From assembly GCA_054661495.1 (NCBI GenBank), contig BAAFSQ010000034.1, positions 1 through 32,000 of the forward strand: a stretch of 32,000 nucleotides of DNA, read 5' to 3'. The stretch comes from Zygophlyctis sp. KS116 (taxonomy: Eukaryota > Fungi > Chytridiomycota). The stretch's first letter is position 1, and the number at the start of each line of letters is the position of its first letter. The notes below the pieces were generated by a model, which was not told the DNA's origin, did no database searches, and saw only the letters and a program-made list of their open reading frames with translations. Both the position numbers and the translations under genes were made by a program. Positions 1 to 11,576 of this stretch are shown one piece after another.

Positions 1-77
1 AAAGCATTACTACAAGTTAAATTTGTCCAGTCAAGATACCTTTGTCATGAATGACTTTGACATCATCAATAGACAAT
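1..77. repeat. Exact direct duplicate of 1703-1779 (part of the PH-like gene, including its 30-nt intron); runs off the left window edge
   Basis: Bases 1-77 (aaagcattactacaag...caatagacaat) are identical to 1703-1779; the copies diverge at 78/1780. Confidence 0.95.
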
Positions 78-181
78 CAAAATCTCCAACTTTTACATCA
101 TACTTAAAATTCTTTCCGGATCAACTTTACTCTGAATTATCAACGAATACGATCCCACGGTAGAATACGAGTTGTCTACTT

Positions 182-1006
182 CTATTGGATTTGCGCAGCG
201 ATTGATTCTATTGTATATTCCCCAAAAATATCCCATCCATTTCTATCAAGACCATAATGAGTTACTAGAAAATCAACAATGTGGTAATTTCTATAAGATG
301 ATGCAATTCGTAAAGACCATTTATCGGGATTTATATCATCTAAATCTGCTAGAAATTTCACTAGATCCAAATTACCAGAGATACATGCAATATAGAAAAG
401 TTGGTTTGATGGTTTTACTCCTTTTTGAATCATTTCCTTGACCAATGATTCATCACCAATACGAGCAGCTTCTTTGGTAATATAATATCTAAACTTGTAG
501 ACATCAACTGTTGGATTATTCATTAAATGATGCAAATGAGAGACTTTCTTGGATTGAATAGGCGAATGGATCCAATTTCTAATTGCTGACTGATCATCTA
601 ATCGTGCATCATGATACTTTAGTGGATTTACCATTTTCCGATCAAGAGGATTAGCTTGTTCTTCTGGTGATATCAACATTGAGATTTCATATGCCTGATC
701 AAAACTAAGATATTGCATAATATTTACTACAACTTCAATTGGTAGTTTGCGGATTTTCTGAAGGAATGGATCAGGATTTGGCTTGATAAATGATAATTCC
801 TTTAATAGATTTAAAATGTCAGAGTGAGGGAGAATTGGGGGATTATTGGTGATTGAGGCCCAAAAAGATAAATCTGGAATATTTAACTTGCTTCCTTGAT
901 CAGTTACATCATTAGCATTCCCAGAAGAATTAGAGTTGGCATTGGCTGGGAGGACAAGGAGCAGTAGCAAGCAATGCATTAATAATCTGCAGATCAACTT
1001 TATCAT
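182..1006 (-). CDS. Secreted F-box + ankyrin-repeat protein (effector candidate), about 274 aa, intronless
   Basis: Likely start at ATG 1006 (or 979) inside ORF 182-1246. Signal-like MIKLICRLLMHCLLLLLVLPANA; F-box-like KLPIEVVVNIMQYLSFDQAYEISML; ankyrin-like repeats AARIGDESLVKEMI, ACISGNLDLVKFLA and ASSYRNYHIVDFLV. Confidence 0.75.
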   Translation of the reverse strand: MIKLICRLLMHCLLLLLVLPANANSNSSGNANDVTDQGSKLNIPDLSFWASITNNPPILPHSDILNLLKELSFIKPNPDPFLQKIRKLPIEVVVNIMQYLSFDQAYEISMLISPEEQANPLDRKMVNPLKYHDARLDDQSAIRNWIHSPIQSKKVSHLHHLMNNPTVDVYKFRYYITKEAARIGDESLVKEMIQKGVKPSNQLFYIACISGNLDLVKFLADLDDINPDKWSLRIASSYRNYHIVDFLVTHYGLDRNGWDIFGEYTIESIAAQIQ

Positions 1007-1067
1007 CAAAGGTTCAAGCGAAAATCTTTTTAAAATTTGTAGTAATATAGTAAAAAATTCAAAATAG

Positions 1068-1886
1068 TCATAAATCATTTTTCTGCCATTCAACTGGTTT
1101 AATCGGTATATCAGTAGACCATCGTTTTTGAAGATGAGATGCCAGACCAGAACTTGCATTTGAAACTGCAGACTTTGATTCTTCAACTCCACTAGAGACC
1201 AAAGATAAGGGAGGAGAAGCATATTTAGATTTAGATTCAGATACAAACTTCCAATTATTCTTCAAAGAAGACGATGAGTTACGACGAAGATCCCAAGATG
1301 TTGTCTCCTGTCTCAATTGAATTTTTGTCCGATCATACGTTTGAGAATGATTTTCAAAAACGATTTTTTCAAGATCTGCATTTGAGGTTGGAGGTTGATC
1401 TTCTAATGCATCAGTTAGGTAAGATTGAGTTGTTAGTACATGCATCCAACAAATGTAATCTACTGATACATCCACTTTAAAATGATATACGGAAGTCAGC
1501 CCAATAATATTAAAATGACATGCTGATCCAACATCCTTTTCCTGGACCAAATGGTGAATTTTGGAGAAATACAAATACTGATACTTTTTATTGCCTTGAA
1601 TGATAACCAGCGGATCTTTTGAGATTGCAGCAAGAGAAATTTGACCATACAATTGAAAATCATGATTCTCTTCATGGACGGCTACACCATCTTTTGATGC
1701 ATAAAGCATTACTACAAGTTAAATTTGTCCAGTCAAGATACCTTTGTCATGAATGACTTTGACATCATCAATAGACAATGGTTTGCATAGGAAAAACAAT
1801 CTTTTAGAATTGGTTAGTCCCAATTGAACAACTTTTCCAGAGTAGAATCTAGAGCCGCTAGGAAGAGAATGTGTCTCAAAACTCAT
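1068..1886 (-). CDS. Uncharacterised protein with a possible PH-like domain and Ser-rich tail
   Basis: ATG 1886 (MSFETHSLPSGSRFYSGKVVQLG...). Intron 1712-1741 (30 nt) joins it in frame to ORF 1068-1709. YHFKVDVSVDYICWMHVLT resembles a PH-domain C-terminal Trp helix. Confidence 0.6.
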
Positions 1887-1936
1887 TGACAGCAAATTTA
1901 TAAACTCAGCGACAAAATTTGATCTAATTTTGAATT

Positions 1937-3025
1937 TTACTTCTTTGCAAATTCAACGCCCTTTGCAATATTCTTTTTTAATTCAGGGATCGCAGCATCA
2001 AACAACTTTTGCTCAAAGGCATTCATAGGTCCGATTGGATGAATCTTTTCAACACCATTCTGTCCCAATTCCACATTTGTAGCAAAGAATTCAACTCCTT
2101 TATCTTTAGCAACAGGAGATAAAACATATGTAGGTTCAATAATTCCCTTTTGACCACTCAATGCTTTCAAAAGTGAAGAAGTAAATCTTTCTCCTGCTTG
2201 AGCCATTGAAAGAGTTGCAGACCCAGTTCCATCTTTAGCTTTAACAACTTCATCTCCACCAAATTGAATACGTTGAGTCAATTTTTCAACTTCTTCTTGA
2301 GAAAATGTTAATCCAGTCTATATATTATACAGTAAAATTCATACTTGAGATAAAAGTGGCATAATAGTAACACCAGAATGCCCACCAATAACATGGACAT
2401 GAACATTTTTAGGTTTTAAACCCTTGATTGAAGACACAAAGGTAGATGCACGAACAACATCTAGAGAAGTAACTCCATAAAGACGTTTAGGATCAAAAAC
2501 ACCATGTTTTTTCAAGACTTCTGCAACAATTGGTACAGTAGAATTCACAGGATTAGAAATAACCAGTAAATGAGCTTTTGGGCAGTATCTAGTATTAGTT
2601 TTGTTCTTAAAAATTACTTTGCAACACCTTCAGCCAAAGTCTTTACGATACCTGCATTGATATTGAATAGATCATCTCTAGTCATACCAGGTTTTCTTGG
2701 AACACCAGCAGGAATCACAACAACATCAGATCCTGATAATGCTTCTCCCAAAGATTCTGCACCCTTATAACCTTTTACCTGAGCATTTGTATTGATATGC
2801 GATAGATCTGCAGCTACACCTGGAGTGTTTACAATATCATAAAGAGCTAATTTATCCACTAAAGGATTTAATTTCAAGAGTAACGATAGCGGCTGTCCAA
2901 TTCCACCTGCAGCTCCAAGAACCGCTACTTTATACCCCCACTATAATATTAAGAATGCATAGTCTAAATACCTTTGAAGAGGTACTTGAGAATCGAGAGA
3001 TTGATGTTTTCATGAATGATTGCAT
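1937..3025 (-). CDS. MDH1: Mitochondrial malate dehydrogenase
   Basis: [43 protein letters not shown] and GSATLSMA motifs; Ser/Arg/Lys-rich presequence. Introns 2941-2971, 2589-2617, 2318-2344. Confidence 0.96.
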
Positions 3026-3183
3026 GATTTTTTACCGTAAACAAACAAAACGCCCTAAACTTGCCTTACACTACACAAATGACAAATCTATATTTAGTCT
3101 ACTATAGTAGATAAACTAGTCTATTTAAAAAATTCTCAAAACATAAACAATCTCTTAAAAATCTATTGCATTGATACTGTAAT

Positions 3184-3432
3184 TTATTTTCTCTTTTTTG
3201 CTTTATTCTTCTTATAAATCTGATGATTACTCATTGCTAATTTCTTGATTGCATTCTTTGATAATGTAGATTCAGCAATCATTGCAGAGTCTTGATCTAT
3301 TTCTTTATCTTGAATAACAGATTGTTTAATGGCTAATCGCCTTAGTCTATCATCCTCTACAGGTGCAAATACCAATTTTCTTTTTAGAGTCCTAGCTGCT
3401 CTTTTAGACTTTGATCTGAGGGATTTTGCCAT
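3184..3432 (-). CDS. LLPH / YBL028C-like small basic nucleolar protein
   Basis: The N-terminus MAKSLRSKSKRAARTLKRK...RLRRLA is characteristic of the LLP-homolog family; Lys-rich C-terminus. Confidence 0.8.
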   Translation of the reverse strand: MAKSLRSKSKRAARTLKRKLVFAPVEDDRLRRLAIKQSVIQDKEIDQDSAMIAESTLSKNAIKKLAMSNHQIYKKNKAKKRK

Positions 3433-3454
3433 TTCTTTTGGGTGTTGACCTAGA

Positions 3455-3558
3455 CATTCCCATTCCCATTCCCATTGTCTCTTGTCTCTTGTGGAAATTT
3501 GCTTGATTTAAAATTTGCTTGATTTAAAATTTGCGTGATTTAAAATTTGCGTGGTTTT
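3455..3558. repeat. Stacked micro-tandem repeats in a divergent promoter: (cattcc)x3.7, (gtctctt)x2 and 16-bp (aaatttgc[t/g]tgattta)x4
   Basis: Read directly; the 16-bp units start at 3495, 3511, 3527 and 3543 and end 2 bp before the TBCB ATG. Confidence 0.9.
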
Positions 3559-3560
3559 AA

Positions 3561-4319
3561 ATGTTACTCGACAACTCGAATCCAATTGTTAAACTGTAAT
3601 TCATCTATTCTAAATTTAAAAGATTTGTATCTTCTGATAATGCAAAATCAGAAAGAAGATTTTCTAAATCCTCAAGTATACAGAGTCTAAAAGAGAAATT
3701 AGAAGCAATCACTGGAATTCCATCTTCAGTAATGTCTTTATCTCTCTATAATTCTCTTAAAGAGACTGTAAGCATGTCCGATGACTCTAGAATGTTGGGA
3801 TATTATTCTCCAAATGATTATGATACTCTAATTGTAAATTCTAATAGTACTACAAGATCTGTAAATTATAATGACTGTTCAAATGTTGAAAAATTTGAAT
3901 TGTCTCAACAGGAATATGAGGCTAGAAAGGATTCAGTCTTGGAATACAAGAAAAGGAATAAAATTGGAAGATTTGCTACAACTTGTCAAGATACTTCAAG
4001 TGAAAAAAATGATTTTGATTTGGAAGACGAGTTATTATCTAAATTAAAGGTTGGAGATCGTTGTATTACAAATGATGATATTAAAAAAGGGACTATAATG
4101 TTTACTGGAAATGTAGAATTTAAACAAGGGCCATGGGTTGGAGTCTCTCTAGATGAACCATTGGGAAAACATAATGGAACGTAAGACTTATAGTATAAAA
4201 CTAGTGTACAAGGAGTTTTGTATTTTAAATGTAACCCTAAACACGGGATATTTGTTCGTCCGTCAAAAGTAAAAGTTGGGGACTATCCAGAGGATGATTT
4301 TATGGATGAGGAATTTTAA
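3561..4319 (+). CDS. TBCB: Tubulin-folding cofactor B (Ubl + CAP-Gly)
   Basis: SERRF...[12 protein letters not shown] Ubl domain; CAP-Gly [25 protein letters not shown]...HGIFVRP. Introns 3596-3622 (27 nt) and 4181-4204 (24 nt). Confidence 0.95.
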
Positions 4320-4420
4320 CAAAATCGCGTCTTGAGCGTCTTGCGTTTTCGCGAATTTTGAAACTGGAAAAAGAATCAAATTTGTTTTTTAACCTGCCAA
4401 ACGTTCCAATACAGAGTTCT

Positions 4421-7400
4421 ATGGGTGAGGAAGATAAAATCCAAGATGACTCAATCGCGAATGAAGAAAGTGGAGAAAGTCATAGTGATAATTTAGATGA
4501 TAGTATAAAAAATGAGACTATGGAAGAATTTATTTTGGATGATCAAGTAAAGAAAAGATCATTTCCTTCTTTTCCTGAACCAATTCTATCGTCTGATTTT
4601 GGAAATTCAAATTTACCAGTGCCACAGGGTTTATCACCCGCTAAATCACAGCATTCGGTTAAATCTGTCGCATCGTCTCGAAAAAGTCTACGGAAAAATA
4701 TAAATCATTATACTGTAGATTTTCCTGTAGCAAATTCAAAAGATACAAAAGCAAATTACATTTCAACGACTAAATATACAATCTGGACTTTTATTCCAAA
4801 GAATTTGTACTTTCAGGTATGGATTATCAGCTGATTAGTAGTTTTCAAGAGTTTATAACATTTATTTTTTATTAGGAGCACTATCTACTCTAGGAGGGAC
4901 ATCTAGTATTTCTCCTGCTTCAATGATTGCTCCTTTACTGATTGTATTATTGTTTTCTGCTATAAAGGATGCTTATGAGGACTATGTAAATAATTTCTTA
5001 ATTGATTCAAAAGAAAAGATATATTTCAGATTATGCTGCAAATAATGCAGAATACAGGGTTTTAAAAAATAATGAATTGGTTATTATAAAAAGTATGATG
5101 ATTCAGCCAGGGGATATATTATATTTAGAAAAGGGGGAAAAGGCGCCTGTTGATGCATTTATACTTTCATCAGCTTATGAAGATGGTACTTGTTTTGTGG
5201 ATACTGCAGAGTTGGATGGTGAGACTAATCTAAAGAGAAGAACAGCTTTACAAGACTATTGTGGATTTTCAACAATTCAAGTATTTATAATTTGAGAATT
5301 TCTAAATTTTAGGCTGTCTCTGAAATTAATGGGCGAATTGAATGTGAACTGCCAAATGAAAATCTGCACAAGTTTAATGGAAGAGTAATTGGTTCTGCAA
5401 AGGATAATATTGGCACTAAATCTATCAATATGGAGCATTTGATTTTAAGGGGTGCAGTTTTGCGAAATACTGATTTTGCTTACTGTATTGTAATTTACAC
5501 TGGTTCAAACACAAAAATCATCAAGAATTTAAAGCCAGCAAAAGCAAAGACTTCAACTCTAGAAAAGCAGTTAAATTATTTTGTTGGTGCTGCGTTTGTT
5601 TATAATGCTTTCCTGCTGATATCAAGCGTTTGGATTGAATACACTTTGTATTCTGATCTTTTGACCTTGCAAAATGCTCGTAAAATTACTAATCCTCGTG
5701 ATTATGCGATAATGTGGTATATTGGCCCGGTGGAAGATTCTTCACAACTGGTAACCTTTTTCTTGAATTTATGGCATAGCATTTAACCAACACTATTTTA
5801 AGTTACTTTGCTCTTTATTCCTATGTTATACCGATATCACTGTTTGTCACAATGGAGGTTGTGCGATTAGTTCAGGGTGCATTCATGGTATGGGATGCTA
5901 AAATGGAATCTTCATTGAAGTCTGATGTTGATGACACAGTCAAAACTGTTTCTTCGAGGGCGAATAATACAAATTTAAATGAAGACTTGGCCAAAATTAG
6001 CTATATTTTTTCAGATAAGACTGGAACTTTCACTAAAAATGAAATGAAGCTTGCCAAGTGGTTTGTGGATGATATTGTTTATGATGAATTGGAGTCACCC
6101 GGGAGTTTTTCAAAGGCAGCAGTAGATGTATTCTATTTTTGTAGTTTAACCTTTCATAGGCAAATATTGATCCTGATAGAAAAGAAAAAATGTATCTTAT
6201 GCTTCGCTGTGTAGCTGTTTGTCACGATGTTATTCCATCTATCGATCATAAATCTGGAAAAATGGTGTATGAATCACAATCTCCTGATGAATCTGCGCTG
6301 GTTATGGCAGCCAAGTCTAATGATGCCGTCTTGAAAAGCCGGAATAAGAGCTCAGTGCAGATTGAACTTTTTGGAAGCACCGAAAAATATCAAATTGTCC
6401 AGGTTCTAACTTTCAATTCTACCAGGAAAAGAATGTCGGTAATCGTCAAGGAGAATGGAAACTATATACTTTATTGCAAGGGAGCCGATAACGTTATCGA
6501 AGAGCGTCTTTCAAAGGACTCAGAAATAAATAATCCAGATCTTTTGAAAATGGCTGCCAAAAAACTTGAAGATTTTTCTGAAGTTGGATTACGAGTATTA
6601 ATGCTTGCATGTAGAAAATTTTCTGAAGAAGAATTCACGAATTTTTCAAACGTTCTAGCAATTGCCGAAGACTCTCTAGAGGACCGAGAGGAAAGAGTAA
6701 TGGAAGCCTATGAAATAATCGAGAAAGACATGGTATTTATAGGATGCACTGCAATCGAAGATAAACTTCAAGATGACTTACCAGAAACTATAAAGTATTT
6801 GCTAGTAGTAAGAATTCGAAATTTTTAATGATAAGGCTGATATCAAAGTATGGCTTCTAACTGGTGATAAAACTGGAACTGCGATCAATATTGGCATGTC
6901 TAGTGAATTGATAAATTCAAACATGCACCTTCTTGTAATGAAGGGATCGAATGTTGATGAATGTAGACGTAATATGGATTCGATGCTGCACGAAATAAGC
7001 AATTTCCCTCATGTAAGAAATTTGAAGGAAATAAATTATTAGGGGACTATTTTTGCGCTAGTTGTTTCGGGAGATATTCTGAATCATGTATTTAGCAGCC
7101 ATCTGAAAGATATTTTTCTCAAGATTGGTATAAAGTGTCATTCTGTTATATGTTCTCGAGTGTCTCCGCTGCAAAAGGCATTAATCGTCAAACTTGTTCG
7201 CGATAATTTAAATGTTGTCACTCTTGCGATTGGAGATGGCGCAAATGATGTTTCAATGATCCAGTCTGCGCACATAGGTGTTGGTATTATGGGTCGAGAA
7301 GGAGCTCAAGCAGTTCGTGCAGCAGATTATGCATTTGGTGAATTTAAACATTTACGTCGTTTACTGACTGTTCACGGTCGTTATAACTACCTGAGAATGA

Positions 7401-8218
7401 CTGGATTAATTTACTATAGCTTTTATAAAAATTTAGTGTTTATCACCATTCAATGGTGGTTTGGTTTTGTTAGCGGATGGAACGGACAGGTGAATATTTT
7501 TATTTTAAACTCTAGACTGCTTACGAGGAAATATTTTTCACTGCATATAATGTTATATTCACATCACTCCCACCACTCTTTTATGCAATTTTTGAAAGAG
7601 ATGTCAGTGAAGAACGGATCAAGGCCTACCCTCAATTGTATAATGAAGTAAGGAATGGCTTGTATTGGAATTGGAAAAAACATGTCACCATGATTTTCTC
7701 TTCCTTTTGGCACTCTCTTTTGATATTTGGGGCGATATATTTCACCAATAAGGAAGGAACTTCTGATGTAAATGGCCTAAATACTGGTTATTGGGTCCAA
7801 AGTTATTTTTTTTCAACTCCACTTCTTTTAACAGTTCTAATCAAATCAGCACTAGGGACTACCCATTGGGTATGGGTCACTTTTGCAGCCATTTTCCTTA
7901 GTTGGGCATTAAATGTTATCATTATGTTTTTTGTAGACGTATTGACACCAACAGTTCTCTATTCAGATGCTGGAACTGCCTTAATCAATCATGTCTTACC
8001 AACCTACTACATTCTTTGCATCCTCCTCCCTCTCTTGGCTGCCGTTCCAGATATAATTTTCACATAGTAAGTTTTTTAAAATGATTTATCCTAGTTTTTA
8101 TCATCATATCAGACCATCTGATGCCACAATAATTATGGAAGAAGATTTAATCCTTTCAAAGACAAAACATGATCCTAGACAAGATAACTCTGTTGAATTA
8201 CAAACTTTAACAGTATAA
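4421..8218 (+). CDS. P4-type phospholipid-transporting ATPase (flippase)
   Basis: LDGETNLK, IPISLFVTME, FSDKTGT, SPDESALV and AIGDGANDVSMIQ motifs. Nine introns: 4817-4841, 4986-5013, 5281-5312, 5751-5779, 6128-6159, 6808-6835, 7013-7042, 7490-7515, 8067-8094. Confidence 0.95.
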
Positions 8219-8257
8219 TTGTAGACTCATTTACGTGAGAAAATCCTCTCTTGTAGA

Positions 8258-8969
8258 ATGTTTTTGTTTTTAGTCTTTTCATTATCTGTGATTGGTAAAT
8301 TACTCATCCGACAAGAGTCAAATCCACTGTATTTTGAGATCATTTTGATTTTAGTTGTAATTCTGGTACGAATATTGGTACTTTTATCCTTGATTCTCCA
8401 AATCGGACAAGTATTCTTCTTGTCTCGCAACCGTTTGTTATCAAATGGCATTATACTCCTCCAGTCAAAAACCCCCCTAAATCTCTTGGTAACTCTTATT
8501 ACCTAAGTACAAGATATAAAGCTTCAACTTGTACAAGATGGTATAACTTATTCCTGGAACAATATTATTGTAAAAGACTTGAATATTTCAAACGGCGCAA
8601 CTGCATTCAACTGGACAGTACAACCTTTGAATGGTAAAACTCAATTATAATTATTTAGATGGTGAATACAAGATTAGATTAGTTCCTGATGGTAAAGAAA
8701 CGTTCAATGTTAAGAATGATCAACTTCCATGTTTTGCAGATGGAGAAGGTAATCAATTTATTTAATAATGCAAGCATTGCCTGCCAATTCTGGTCAATTT
8801 AAAGTTATAAATACGGTAAAAATATTATATTTATGATTTCAAGATTCCTTTAGCTACAACTAAAGATTTGTTACCACCAAATATGTCTTTGGGTTATACT
8901 TTAAAGCATTACTTGTCTGTAGTCAGACTGTTTGTGTATATCTCAATATACAAGATTATCACAATGTAA
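8258..8969 (+). CDS. Secreted/surface protein, 193 aa, Kre9/Knh1-N or GPI-anchored-family-like beta domain; not captured by the ORF track
   Basis: Splicing introns 8329-8354, 8489-8513, 8634-8658, 8749-8774 and 8816-8843 gives MFLFLVFSLSVIGKLLIRQESNPLCNSGTNIGTFILDSPNRTSILLVSQPFVIKWHYTPP...AFNWTVQPLNDGEYKIRLVPDG... with a signal-like N-terminus and a moderately hydrophobic C-terminus. Confidence 0.78.
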
Positions 8970-9003
8970 ATGTTTCCTTTTAACCTTGTAACAACCCTTA
9001 CGA

Positions 9004-9344
9004 ATGAGTTCAAATCCAACTGCTTATGTCTCATCTGTGACTAGATGGTAAGTTCTAAAGTCTTAATAGAAGGGAAAAGAAATGGATGGCTCCGACTGAT
9101 TATCCCGGACCTTTAGTTACTCTAGGTAATAGAAATTATTAAAGAAAAGGTGCAAAAATTGGAAATAATTCTAAACCTGCGCCAAATAATTATTTAGTTT
9201 ATAAATGGGTTCCAAGTATTTTTAATATTTTTAAAGTGTATAGATCCTGATTTACCTTTAATATCATTACAGGATGAACCAAATGTAAAGCAAGATCATG
9301 AAATGACTGATAAGACTGATGATATGATTATTGAAAATTCTTAA
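9004..9344 (+). CDS. BCL7/Rtt102-like SWI/SNF subunit, 87 aa; not in the ORF track
   Basis: Introns 9048-9072, 9126-9149 and 9216-9243 give MSSNPTAYVSSVTRWEKKWMAPTDYPGPLVTLGAKIGNNSKPAPNNYLVYKWVPNPD...; this matches the BCL7 signature VRKWEKKWV...RIYKWVP. Confidence 0.8.
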
Positions 9345-11576
9345 GCATATCTCTTGTTTCTACTCACTAATCCTCTTGCTTCAGGAATAGATTGTTCTGA
9401 TTCATAAATTTTGTTTTTTGAAAGAGATTCAGACTTTTTCTGGTTTCCAGATTTTCTTTTAAATTTGATATGTTGATCATCATAATGTAAATAGGGAGTA
9501 GTCCAAATCAGTTCTTGATTTTGTTTCTTATTTTTTGGAAATTTTGTTTTTTTGATATGATTTCCTCCAAAATTCATTAATGCAATGGCCCATTTCTCTG
9601 AAGAATTATCAAATTCTGCTAATTCTTCAAGTAATAATTGTTCTTCTGGTGCAATGAAATTATTAATTAAGAGTTGTCTATAACTTAAATCTTTTTGTAA
9701 GTCTCTAATAGTTTCTACTAAATCTACAAATTTAAAAAAAAAGATAAAAAGAGGTACCTTCACGGGAACGGACATGTTCTTCTTTAAGGTCTGAAAGTTC
9801 AGATTTCTGAGTTTGATAAACATTCCACAACTTTTTAAGTTTTTTAGTTTTAGCACTAGCTTCTTCTTGTAAACAAGAGAATTCTTCTTCATACTGAATT
9901 CCAGTTTCTTCTTGATCAAGTAATTCTCTTTGAAGTTGACGCTCTTTTCGAGCGATTTCTTCCAATTCTTGTGCATTTTTAGCAAGTAATAAACGTTGTT
10001 CTTGGTTTTTATCCAACAGATTTACTCCTCCGACTAATAGATTTTGTTCAAGATGTTTTAATTTTTTACTTAATTCCTCTTTTTTGGCTCTTTCAGTTTC
10101 TAGCTCTTGCATTCTACTAGTCGCTTCATCAATCAACTTTTTCTTTTCAGATTCTTCAAGATCTTTTTTCTCTAGAATCGCAAGTTTTTCTTTTTCAAGT
10201 TGAGCATGTAACTCTGCAACAATATTAGGATCCAGAGTAGATTTCTTTTTGCTAATACTTGGATTTTTTTCTTTTATTTCCGAGTCTTGGTCTTGACTTT
10301 CGACTTCTCCCTCTAATTCTTCCAATTCTTCTACTTCTTCAATTTCTTCAATTTCATGCACTTCTTCCACTTCCTTTACAATAACTTGATCTACTGATTG
10401 ATTATTTAATTGTTCTTTTAACCGTTTAATTTCTTCTTGGAATTCTCGCAACATTGCATCCTATTTATAAGAAAAATAATTCTTGCTTTACCTTTGGATC
10501 TTCATTAATCTTTGGTTTATTCTTGATACTCTTTGCACGGTTTGCATATCGTAATGTAGATAATGTTTCATCAAAATTATAAGATGCAGGAGAAATTGTA
10601 GCCAACATTAGAGTATTTGAATTCCCTCCAAGAGAATCTTGCAATAGTCTTGTTAGTTTAGAATCACGATACGGTATATGTGAACTTTTACCATCTACTA
10701 GAGTTGAGATGACATTTCCTAAAGCCGAGAGAGATAGATTAATTTTTGTAGCTTCTTTTAGTCTATCTCCAGTCGCACCAGTCTTTGATTGTCTTTCAGA
10801 TCCAGCCAAATCAACCAAATGTAACTTTCCTACTCTAATATGATCCTCGCCTGTAGAATCCTTTTCCGAAGCTTCAACAGTTATAGTAAAAATTGAATGC
10901 GATCGTGAAGATCTTGCATTCATTTCAGTAGCTCCAACTGATCTATTTTTATTCCCAAACGTCATTAACCGTTCCATTTCTAAATTTTACATTAATAATT
11001 TATACCATCACAATCTTTGATTACAAAAGATCTTAAATCCTTTACATAAACCCCTGCATCTGGCCGTTCCTTTATATCCAATTTCCCGGCCTTTGGATTT
11101 AAAAGATCAATAACCTCTTCGTTATATAATTCCAAATAAGAGGCCCTAACCAGAAACCTCACATCAGAACCACAAGATTTGATATGATTAAATATATGTT
11201 CAAATGCATTTGGTATAATCCCACGAAGTTCTGGTGTATCCCTTATTCCTTCCATACTAAAAGTCTTTCCAGTCCCAGTTTGACCATAAGCAAAGATTGT
11301 TCCATTATATCCTTGCAAGACTGAATCCACAATATGCCTTGCAGTTTTATTATAAACATTAATTTGTTTACAAGTCTCATCAAAGACTGAATCAAATGTA
11401 AACACTTTTGCCTGATCTCCCACTGATTCTTGAGGGTTCGGACGTGGATCAGAAATTGAGACTGTAGCATTTTCAATGTCTGATTTAACAATACATGTAT
11501 AACCACCTTGTTTTTCTTTATTAGAAAATGGTCTACATCTAACAACAACTCTTACAGCCTGTTTATCATCCTTCAT
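9341..11576 (-). CDS. KIF3: Kinesin-2 (KIF3/FLA10-type) intraflagellar transport motor subunit
   Basis: [43 protein letters not shown] and the [16 protein letters not shown] kinesin-2 neck; [11 protein letters not shown]. Introns 10980-11005, 10461-10491, 9724-9757. Confidence 0.95.

Noticed and set aside
138-170. The plus-strand frame reads NEYDPTVE, like the Ras switch I motif
   Set aside because: A stop lies immediately upstream, and there is no P-loop or DTAG motif; probably chance.
1007-1246. N-terminal 80 aa of ORF 182-1246
   Set aside because: It overlaps the PH-like gene in another frame; the signal-peptide ATG at 1006/979 is more plausible.
3098-3111. Perfect 14-bp palindrome tctactatagtaga
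   Set aside because: A single short AT-rich palindrome with no supporting element structure.
6860-6885. Second DKTGT string (TGDKTGTAINIG) in the P4-ATPase
   Set aside because: A variant of the standard TGDKxETA motif, not a duplicated phosphorylation site.
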